Shown: piece after piece, positions 1-7,612 of the stretch | Layout of the letters: each line of letters opens with the position of its first letter | Numbering within the stretch: position 1 is the stretch's first letter | NCBI GenBank assembly: GCA_046497275.1 | Contig: JAWOFX010000090.1 | Span: forward strand, 1-21,711 | Source of the DNA: Promethearchaeia archaeon | Lineage (GTDB): Archaea > Asgardarchaeota > Lokiarchaeia > Sigyniarchaeales > SOKP01 | DNA: 21,711 bases | Direction of reading: 5' to 3' | Made by a program: the position numbers and the translations under genes | The notes under the pieces: generated by a model | Told to the model about the DNA's origin: nothing | The model's input: the letters and a program-made list of their open reading frames with translations, nothing else | Database searches by the model: none

Positions 1-102
1 TAGACTCCTTTTTTGATAGATATTTTAACTTATAGATTCTAAACTTTTTTAATTTTATTCCTTTCATTAAATTTTATAAATTTCCCTTTTTAGTATAAAT
101 CT

Positions 103-1395
103 TTATGCGTTTTTTGCTGGGATTCTTTTTTTTCCATTCATATAATTACGCAAGACTTTAGGAATGGTAATCGAATGATCTTTATTTTGAAAGTTTTCTA
201 ATATGCAACAAATAGTTCTCTCTGTAGCTATTGCTGTAGAATTTAGAGTATGGACTACATCTTTCTCTTTTTGAGTTCCAACTTTTCCCATTCGTATCTT
301 AAGTTTTCTGGCTTGATAATCTAAGCAATTACTACAGGATACTAACTCTCGATAAGTCTCTGACGCTGGAAACCAAGCTTCTAAATCATATTTTTTAGCA
401 GCATTATCATTTAATTCTCCTGATGCAATACTTACTATTCTATATGGAATTCCTAACTTTTTATAGAGGATTTCTGCATTGCTAATTAATTCCTCGTGGA
501 ATTCCCATGATTGTTCGGGTCTACAAAAGATAAATTGTTCAATTTTTTCAAATTGGTGGACTCTAAATATTCCTAAGGTATCTTTTCCGTGTGAACCTGC
601 CTCTCTCCTAAAACATGAAGAGATTCCGGCATATTTAAGGGGAAGTTGATCAGGATCAAGAATTTCATCATAATGATAAGCAGCTAACGTTTGTTCTGAT
701 GTAGCGATCATATAGAGATCTTCATCTTGTATCTTATACAATTGTTCTTCAAAATCCGCAAGTTCTGCGGCCGCCTTTATCACCTCATATTTTACAAAAA
801 AAGGTGTCCACATGGGTGTATAGCCCTTTTCTTGGAGTACATCTAAGGCAAATCTTATTAGCGCTAAATTTAATAACGCTAAATCTCCTTTGAGATAATA
901 AAAACGAGATCCTACTACTTCTGATGCTTTCTTAGTATCTGCACCATCTATTAGATCAATAAGATCTACATGTGAAACGGGGTTATAATCGAAGCTTGGA
1001 ATATTATCAGTTTCTCGAATAATTTTATTATCATCTTCAGTTTCTCCTATTGGTACAGTATCATGGATAATATTTCCAACAATATATCTGAATTCTTCTC
1101 TTTTTTTTAAAAATTCCTCCGCTTTCACCTCTAATGCTTCAATCTCCTCTTTAATAGCCGCAGATTCATTGATAGCATTTTCAGCTTCTTTATCTTTAAT
1201 ATTTTTTTTATATTCTGCAATAGAATGAGATATCTTATTTCGTTTTTCTCGTAAGCTCTGTAATTTTCCTAAAACTTCTCTCCACTTAACATCATATTCT
1301 AAGACTTTTTTGGCATTTTCCGGATCTTTAAACCGATTCTTTTCTGACTGAATAATTCTTTCAATATCTTCTCTAAAAAGTTCTATATCAAGCAA
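103..1395 (-). CDS. serS: Seryl-tRNA synthetase (standard class II type)
   Basis: 430 aa with N-terminal coiled-coil arm (MLDIELFRED...), ATSEQTL, motif 2 FRREAGSHGKDTLGIFRVHQFEKIE, YDLEAWFP, ELVSCSNCLDYQAR and motif 3 TLNSTAIATERT. TTG start. Confidence 0.97.
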   Translation of the reverse strand: MLDIELFREDIERIIQSEKNRFKDPENAKKVLEYDVKWREVLGKLQSLREKRNKISHSIAEYKKNIKDKEAENAINESAAIKEEIEALEVKAEEFLKKREEFRYIVGNIIHDTVPIGETEDDNKIIRETDNIPSFDYNPVSHVDLIDLIDGADTKKASEVVGSRFYYLKGDLALLNLALIRFALDVLQEKGYTPMWTPFFVKYEVIKAAAELADFEEQLYKIQDEDLYMIATSEQTLAAYHYDEILDPDQLPLKYAGISSCFRREAGSHGKDTLGIFRVHQFEKIEQFIFCRPEQSWEFHEELISNAEILYKKLGIPYRIVSIASGELNDNAAKKYDLEAWFPASETYRELVSCSNCLDYQARKLKIRMGKVGTQKEKDVVHTLNSTAIATERTICCILENFQNKDHSITIPKVLRNYMNGKKRIPAKNA

Positions 1396-1491
1396 GATTA
1401 TCCCGCAATTTTTTTACTGTATTATGAATATTAATTTTTAATTGATTTAATCTAAATACATTATTTTGAATAAAGCTCCTTAAAATAATGA

Positions 1492-1677
1492 TCATTTATG
1501 TTCAATACGTTCATTGATTGTTGAACGCATAAGAGCTGTCCTTACTTTTTTTTTATCGAATCCAACATTTTCTATAATTCGCATTATCTTCATTCTCCGC
1601 GCTTTTCCTTTTAAACCTTCTTCTGCCATAAAATCTCGTGCAAACTCCTCGATTTTATCACTACTTTTCTCTGACAT
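1492..1677 (-). CDS. Small basic hypothetical protein (61 aa), co-oriented with and upstream of serS
   Basis: ATG start, helical-looking charged sequence, occupies otherwise empty space. Ends in TGA. No family recognised. Confidence 0.65.
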   Translation of the reverse strand: MSEKSSDKIEEFARDFMAEEGLKGKARRMKIMRIIENVGFDKKKVRTALMRSTINERIEHK

Positions 1678-1950
1678 ATCTATTTTCTAAAATGATTTCT
1701 AAAATAAAAAATTTAATGAGATTTTAGATTATTTTCTCTATTTCTCTAATTCTTACAGAAAACTTAATACTCCTCATAATAAAAATCTAAAAAATTTAAT
1801 TTGTATCCATAATAATATCTCATTTTGATCATTCACTTCTTAGATATCGTTAATCTAACTTTCATAATCAGAAAAAATAAATTGATTCTACAATTTTTTC
1901 AATCAAGAAAAAATAATAATTATACCTTAAAATTTATGGTGATTTTTGAA

Positions 1951-1955
1951 GGGGA
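1951..1955 (+). promoter_or_regulatory. Putative ribosome-binding site of hdrA
   Basis: GGGGA 5 nt upstream of TTG at 1961. A GGTGA is also present at 1938-1942. Confidence 0.45.
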
Positions 1956-1960
1956 TTAAA

Positions 1961-3964
1961 TTGTCTGATGATAAACAGACCAAGGAAGAGATTAGAATAG
2001 GAGTTTACGTTTGTGAATGAGGTGTTAATATTGGTGCTACTGTTGATTGCGAAGCGGTAAGGGACTTTATTGAGGGGCAACCAAACGTGGTTGTTGCGAG
2101 AACCAATAAATTTACGTGTAGTGATCCCGGTCAGCAAGTTATTAGAAATGACATTTTAGAATTAGATCTTAACAGAATAGTTGTTGCGGCCTGCACTCCT
2201 AAAATTCATGAACCAACCTATAGAGCAGTATTAATTGAAGCGGGTCTTAGTCCTTATTATTTCCAAATGGTTAATATTAGAGAGCAATGTTCTTTCGTTC
2301 ATGCTGATGATAAGGAAAATGCTACAAAAAAGGCGATAAGACTTGTCATCGGAGGGATTAATCGTGCGAGAGAATTAGAAAATATTCCTCGTATAGAAAT
2401 TCCAATCGAAAATTCAGTTCTTGTCGTTGGTGCGGGAATTGCTGGAATGAATGCTGCCCTAGATTTAGCTAGTCAAGGTATAAAGGTTTATTTGGTTGAG
2501 AAAGAGGCCACCATTGGTGGAAAAATGGCACAATTAGACCGAATATTTCCTACTGATGATTGTGGGATCTGAGTATTGGCTCCAATAATGGTAAATGCAT
2601 CAAAACATCCGAATATTGAATTAATAACATATAGTGATATAATAGAATTTAGTGGTATTACAGGCAGTTATAATGTGAGGATAAGAAAAAATCCACGATA
2701 TGTTGATCCTGATAAATGCACTGGCTGTGGATTATGTACAACTAAATGTCCGATTAGTATGCCTAATGAATTTGATAGAGGTATCGGTGAACGGGGAGCA
2801 ATATATATTCCATTTCCACAAGCAGTTCCGAAACTAGCATTAATTGATAAAGAAGCGTGTATCGAATGTAAATCATGTGAGCGTACATGTCCCGGGGAGG
2901 CTATAGATTTTGAACAAGAGCCGGAATATGTTGATATAAAGGTTGGGGCTGTTATTATTGCGACTGGTTGGGATGAATATCCTATTTGGGAGTCAAATGA
3001 ATATAAATATGGTATTTATCCTGATGTAATTACTCAAATTGAATTAGAAAGGATGCTCAGTCCAATAGGACCTACTGATGGTCATGTCCATAGAATATCT
3101 GACGGTAAAATACCCAAAAAAGTTGCGATGATACAATGTGTTGGATCCAGAACGTTGAGAGGTAATCAATATTGTTCTGCTGTGTGTTGTAATGTAGCCC
3201 TAAAGAACTCTCAATTGTTAAAGCAAGAATACCCCGAAATTGAGGTTATGATATTTTATATTGACATTCGATCGCCGGATAAAGGCAATGAAGAATATTA
3301 TCGAAAGATACGGGAAGCAAATATTTCTTTTATAAAAGGAAAGCCTGGTGATATTAAATTAAATGAAGATGGTACAATGAGATTATTCTATGATAATGCG
3401 TTATTAGATGAAGTAACACATGTGGATGTAGACCTAGTAATCTTATCTACTGGAATTATTCCATCGAAAGGTACACATCAAATAATAGAGACTATGGGAT
3501 TAAGTAGTGGCCCGAATGGATTTTTATCTGAAATTCATGGATGTTTAAAACCACAAGAAACAGATAATATTGGTATTTATATTTGTGGATGCGCTGCTGG
3601 ACCTAAAAGTATTCCATATTCAGTATCAACAGCATTAGCTGCTGCGAGTAAAGCTTCAACCCTTCTTTCTAATGATACATATAGCCAAGAATTAATCATA
3701 GCAGAAGTTAATGAAGATCTATGCATGGGTTGTCATAGATGTGAAAAAGTATGTTACTATGATGCAATTAAAGTTGGAGAGAATGATATCGCGGAAGTGA
3801 ACGAATTAAAGTGCAAAGGATGTGGCGCATGTGTAACTTCTTGCCCAGCAAGAGCTATTGATATAAAATATTATCGAGAAAGACAATTTGAACAGGAAAT
3901 CAAGGGATTAGCTATGGCTGAATCAATTCCAATTAAAGAAACGAAAGCTATAGCAGAAAAATAA
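1961..3964 (+). CDS. hdrA: Heterodisulfide reductase subunit A (FAD/Fe-S electron-bifurcating flavoprotein), selenoprotein with two in-frame UGA codons (Sec20 at 2018-2020, Sec205 at 2573-2575), 667 aa
   Basis: Reading through the TGAs gives one frame: MSDDKQTKEEIRIGVYVCE-U-GVNIGATVD (HdrA N-terminal RIGVYVCxCG motif), ACTP, EQC, VVGAGIAG FAD motif, FPTDDCGI-U-VLAPIM (HdrA FPTxDCxxC motif), four ferredoxin-type CxxCxxCxxxC motifs, QCVGSR and YCSAVCC. Track ORFs 2087-2572 and 2576-3964 are in the same frame, separated only by TGA. Confidence 0.95.
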
Positions 3965-3971
3965 ACAAGTT

Positions 3972-3977
3972 GGTGAG
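3972..3977 (+). promoter_or_regulatory. Ribosome-binding site of mvhD
   Basis: GGTGAG 5 nt before ATG at 3983, within the 18-nt hdrA-mvhD spacer. This is an archaeal-type SD motif. Confidence 0.7.
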
Positions 3978-3982
3978 TATAA

Positions 3983-4402
3983 ATGTCAAAAGATAATAAA
4001 AAGAGAAATATAATTGCTTTTGCGTGCGATAAATGAGGGTACGCAGCCGCAGATTTGACGGGCACTACGAGAAAGTCGTATGATACTGATGTGAATATAA
4101 TTCGAGTCAGATGTACAGGAAGAGTTGGAATTCATTTAATTATGGATTGTTTTTTGAACGGTGCTGACGGAGTAGCCATTATTTCTTGACAAGAAGGAGA
4201 ATGCGAATTTGGAAATGGTAATATGGTCACCTATAAACATCTATCAATGTTAAAAAAAATATTTGATCATTTAGGAATTTCTGATGAGAGAATTCAGCAA
4301 TATTTTTGTTCAGCAGCCGATGTTGAGAAATTTGTAAATTCAGTGAAAGATATTCATAAGAGGATTCACAAACTACCTCCTATATCTAAGAAAACCGAAT
4401 AG
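3983..4402 (+). CDS. mvhD: MvhD/VhuD [2Fe-2S] hydrogenase/Hdr adaptor subunit, selenoprotein with two in-frame UGA codons (Sec18 at 4034-4036, Sec69 at 4187-4189), 139 aa; missing from the ORF track
   Basis: Manual translation: MSKDNKKRNIIAFACDK-U-GYAAADLTGTTRKSYDTDVNIIRVRCTGRVGIHLIMDCFLNGADGVAIIS-U-QEGECEFGNGNMVTYKHLSMLKKIFDHLGISDERIQQYFCSAADVEKFVNSVKDIHKRIHKLPPISKKTE-TAG. This matches the MvhD pattern CxxCxYxxAD...RVxCxGR...GADGV...xCxxGxC. Confidence 0.95.
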
Positions 4403-4464
4403 GATGAATCTTTCGAATAAATTTTAGTCGTAAAGATGACAGCCTCGCAAGGGTTATTTCGGTT
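4393..4464 (+). promoter_or_regulatory. Putative SECIS element of eukaryote-like (AUGA/GA kink-turn core) type
   Basis: AUGA at 4404-4407 and GA at 4438-4439. Helix AUCUUU (4408-4413) pairs with AAAGAU (4432-4437), then CGA (4414-4416) with UCG (4428-4430). AAA at 4419-4421 in the apical part. Lower helix AACCGAA (4393-4399) pairs with UUCGGUU (4458-4464). Located immediately after the stop of a two-UGA gene. Confidence 0.8.
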
Positions 4465-4519
4465 ATGAACTTTTTCATGATATTAAGTTTAAGAATTAAA
4501 AAATGTTTAAATACGAATT

Positions 4520-6022
4520 ATGAGCAATAAGGGAAGTAATGAGATAATTTTTTCAAGGAAATTCTTCAAAGCTATTATGCAAACTTTAGATTCATATAAA
4601 GTTCGAGCGTTAATTGATGCTAAAGAAGATATCATTGAAGTAGGTATCTATTCCGAAGCTCAGTATTTCAATATCTTATTTGAATTGATTGATGAAGAGA
4701 AATTAAAATATGAATTGTATGAGTATCTTAAAGAACAAGGAGAAGCTGATATTTCTCAATTAGAAATGTTTGCAAAACATAAAGATATTCGACTTAATAA
4801 AACCCTAAGTTTGTGCTATCTTTTAGAAAGAGAAGGATTAATCAATATTGAAGAAATATATGAAAAAAGCAAAAACTCTGAAGAAGAAACTTTACAAATA
4901 TTTAAAAATTTTAATTTTTCAGTAAATAATGTTGATATTACATCGATTAAACCAATTTATGAACCAGTACAAATCATATTTGACTCAAATATATGTTCGG
5001 GTTGTGGATTGTGTGCGGGTATATGTCCCATGAATTGTATTACCATAAATAATGGTTTTGGAGAAATCGATGATGATAAATGTATACGATGTGGATTATG
5101 TTATTATGTTTGTCCTCGTACTTATCTCCCAGTAAAACTTCTCAATATATATCAAGATGATGCTTCTGAAGTTAAGAATTATAGTAAAATTGGTGTTTAT
5201 AAAGAAGCATACAGTGCAAGAACGAAAATAGATGAAATAAAAGAAGTATGTCAAGATGGAGGAGTATCAAGCACTTGTTTATATTATCTTTTAGAAAATA
5301 ACAAAATAGATCTCGCAATAGGAGCAAAGATGGGAGAGAAGTTATGGTGCCCCGAACCAACTCTAATTAAAGATAAAAAAGATATAATTGAAACTGCTGG
5401 AACCAAATATGTTAACAATCCAAATCTAAAATTGTTGAATGAGATTGATCCAGAGAAAAAAGTAGCGATAGTTGGAGTACCATGTATGATGCAAGCTCTG
5501 TTAAAGTCAAAAATATATGATATTAATATTCCCCTACTGAATAACATCCAATATCGTATTGGGATTTTTTGTATGGAGTCCTTTCCTTATGAAGAGGGAT
5601 TTTTGAAGATTTGTGAGAGATTAAATGTTGAGGTTAATGATGTAAAAAAGACCGATATCAATAAAGGAAAATTCTTTGTGTATACTAAAAATGGTGAAGA
5701 ACTCAATGTTCCAATTAAAGAAGTCACAAATTTGGCAAGAGAAGATTGTGAGGTGTGTTATGATCTCACATCTGAATCTGCAGATATTTCAATAGGGTCG
5801 ATTGGAGCTCCTTCAGGATGGAATGTTGTATTAGTAAGAAATGAAAGAGGAAAAGAATTATATGACGCTTTAATAGAAAATGGTCTCATTGAATCAAAAC
5901 CTATCGAAGAAGTCAAGCCTGGACTCCCTCTTCTCCTAAAAATTGCTAACAGTAAAAAAAATAAAAGTTCTAAACATATTTTAAAAAAGATAGAAAATGA
6001 AAAAAGATATCCGTATTATTAA
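4520..6022 (+). CDS. FrhB/FdhB-family F420-binding FAD oxidoreductase subunit with a 2x[4Fe-4S] ferredoxin domain and an extra N-terminal domain of about 150 aa
   Basis: CSGCGLCAGICP and CIRCGLCYYVCP, then FrhB-type motifs QDGGVSST, AGTKY, VAIVGVPC, IGIFCMESF, CEVCYD and DISIGSIGAPSGW. Confidence 0.88.
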   Translation: MSNKGSNEIIFSRKFFKAIMQTLDSYKVRALIDAKEDIIEVGIYSEAQYFNILFELIDEEKLKYELYEYLKEQGEADISQLEMFAKHKDIRLNKTLSLCYLLEREGLINIEEIYEKSKNSEEETLQIFKNFNFSVNNVDITSIKPIYEPVQIIFDSNICSGCGLCAGICPMNCITINNGFGEIDDDKCIRCGLCYYVCPRTYLPVKLLNIYQDDASEVKNYSKIGVYKEAYSARTKIDEIKEVCQDGGVSSTCLYYLLENNKIDLAIGAKMGEKLWCPEPTLIKDKKDIIETAGTKYVNNPNLKLLNEIDPEKKVAIVGVPCMMQALLKSKIYDINIPLLNNIQYRIGIFCMESFPYEEGFLKICERLNVEVNDVKKTDINKGKFFVYTKNGEELNVPIKEVTNLAREDCEVCYDLTSESADISIGSIGAPSGWNVVLVRNERGKELYDALIENGLIESKPIEEVKPGLPLLLKIANSKKNKSSKHILKKIENEKRYPYY

Positions 6023-6138
6023 ATCTTTTTTTATTATGATTCTCTCCTTCTTCTAAGATTTCAAGGGGTAAAATAAAAAAATTAATATTTTGTTCTATAT
6101 TATATTTGATTATACTATTAATTTGAAGGTTAAAAATT

Positions 6139-6660
6139 ATGAGTGAATCGCCAATACGACCACCTAATTTCAAGGAACAGGTTTTCTTTCGAGAATTACG
6201 TACAAGAGTCGATGGAAATGCCAAACTTGAATATGGACTCACCCAAATCAAAGGAATCGGGAGCAGATTTGCTCAAGCTGTTGTGAGAGCATCAAAAATC
6301 GATCCAAACACTCGCATTGGAGCACTTTCCGAAAAGGAAGTCTCCCTACTTGAGGAAGTTATTAAGAATCCTGTTCAAAATGGAGTTCCTACTTGGATGG
6401 TCAATCGAAAAAAAGATTTGAAAACAGGAGAAGATAGACATGTTCTTGGCAACGAATTGGAAATTACGGTGAAACGAGATATTGATAGAATGAAAAAGAT
6501 TAGAAGCTATAAAGGCATTCGTCATCAATTTGGACTTAAAGTACGCGGTCAAAGAACTAAAAGTACAGGTCGTCATGGTTTAGTTATCGGTGTACAGAGA
6601 AAGAGAATTAAAGCCCAAATGGCAAAAAAGAGAAAAGAAAAGAAGAAGGAGGAGAAATAA
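6139..6660 (+). CDS. rps13: 30S ribosomal protein S13 (uS13), archaeal type
   Basis: LTQIKGIGSRFA, VPTWMVNRKKD and SYKGIRHQFGLKVRGQRTKSTGR. Confidence 0.97.
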   Translation: MSESPIRPPNFKEQVFFRELRTRVDGNAKLEYGLTQIKGIGSRFAQAVVRASKIDPNTRIGALSEKEVSLLEEVIKNPVQNGVPTWMVNRKKDLKTGEDRHVLGNELEITVKRDIDRMKKIRSYKGIRHQFGLKVRGQRTKSTGRHGLVIGVQRKRIKAQMAKKRKEKKKEEK

Positions 6661-6664
6661 ATAG

Positions 6665-7165
6665 ATGGGAGATCCACGTAGAATTAAGAAAAAATTTAAA
6701 AAACCAAAACATCCATTTCAAAAAGATAGAATGATTGAAGAACTTGAATTTATTGGAAAATATGGTTTACGTAATAAACGTGAATTCTGGAAGATGCGTT
6801 CTAAATTGGGTAGATGGCGTCAACGGGCTCGATACTCACGAACTCTTCCTGCAGAACAAGCTACTGAAGTTCAACAAACCCTTATTAAAAAATTAACACG
6901 TTTAGGTGTTCTTAGTCCTGAATCTACATTTGAAGATATTTTACGTTTAACCGTAGAAGATCTGCTTAAAAGAAGACTTCAAACTCTGGTATTTGAAAAA
7001 GGATTAGCGAAAAGTGTATATCACGCACGTCAATTAATTGTTCACAAACATATACAAGTTGGAAATAAACGAATCAATTCTCCTTCATATTTAGTAAAAA
7101 GAGAAGAAGAGGATCTAATACAATTTGCACCAACAAGTCCATTCGTATCCGCATCTGCGGCATAA
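6665..7165 (+). CDS. rps4: 30S ribosomal protein S4 (uS4), archaeal type
   Basis: MGDPRRIKKKF..PKHPF, YGLRNKRE and the S4 domain RRLQTLVFEKGLAKSVYHARQLIVHKHI. Starts 4 nt after the rps13 stop. Confidence 0.97.
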   Translation: MGDPRRIKKKFKKPKHPFQKDRMIEELEFIGKYGLRNKREFWKMRSKLGRWRQRARYSRTLPAEQATEVQQTLIKKLTRLGVLSPESTFEDILRLTVEDLLKRRLQTLVFEKGLAKSVYHARQLIVHKHIQVGNKRINSPSYLVKREEEDLIQFAPTSPFVSASAA

Positions 7166-7380
7166 AATTTTTGTGAGTTTAATATTTTTAAATAAAAATT
7201 TATTCTCCTAAATTTATCTCTCTTTGTTCTAATTAATTCAAATTATTTATTAAAAATTATAATTTGATTATTTTATTCTAAATCTAAAATTTCATAAAAA
7301 TTGGGCTAAAAACCCTTTATAAATCCTCATAGCATAATATGATCCATCTTAAAATATTTAATTAAATCAGAGGTGATAAT

Positions 7381-7575
7381 ATGGAAGATATAATGAAATT
7401 AGAGATACATGGCTCAGTAATGTTGATTACTGGAATTATCTTAGTGTTAATTTGGTCATATTTTGGCTCTCAATGGTGGTCTTCCGTTTTTGGCTTTCTT
7501 GCACTCTTCTTTCTCATCGAGGCTGTCTGGCATTACGGAGTTGCTGATTATAAGAGAGTCAAAAAGGAATCTTGA
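7381..7575 (+). CDS. Small membrane protein (64 aa, two predicted TM helices)
   Basis: Two hydrophobic stretches and GAGGTGA upstream of the ATG. Ends in TGA. An internal ATG (codon 5) is an alternative start. Confidence 0.65.
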   Translation: MEDIMKLEIHGSVMLITGIILVLIWSYFGSQWWSSVFGFLALFFLIEAVWHYGVADYKRVKKES

Positions 7576-7596
7576 AAAAAATAAAAAGAAAAAAAA
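7575..7596 (-). terminator. Oligo-T tract, putative archaeal intrinsic terminator of the 7613-7843 gene
   Basis: A-rich run on + (T-rich on -) in the gap between two convergent small genes. Confidence 0.35.
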
Positions 7597-7612
7597 TCTT
7601 AAAATTTGAGGA

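Noticed and set aside
1678-1960. Possible 5'-UTR SECIS upstream of hdrA (ATGA near 1690 with TCTAAAAT/ATTTTAGA inverted repeat)
   Set aside because: No opposing GA in register for a kink-turn core, and the pairing is A/T-only, as expected by chance in a very AT-rich spacer.
1934-2137. Minus-strand 67-aa ORF
   Set aside because: Antisense shadow of the true hdrA 5' end, with no protein-like features.
2087-3964. hdrA as a split gene or nonsense pseudogene (track ORFs 2087-2572 and 2576-3964)
   Set aside because: Both parts and the upstream segment from 1961 share one frame. The interruptions are only TGA, only at conserved Cys sites, all motifs are intact and a SECIS-like element is present.
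3871-4065. Minus-strand 64-aa ORF
   Set aside because: Antisense to the hdrA 3' end and mvhD 5' end.
1961-4402. Global reassignment of UGA to Trp or Cys (alternative genetic code)
   Set aside because: In-frame TGA occurs only at four Cys-motif sites in two known selenoprotein families. Other long genes have no internal TGA, Trp is encoded by TGG and Cys by TGY.
5172-6576. Short minus-strand ORFs 5172-5360, 5284-5547, 5970-6251 and 6346-6576
   Set aside because: Antisense shadows of the frhB-like gene and rps13.
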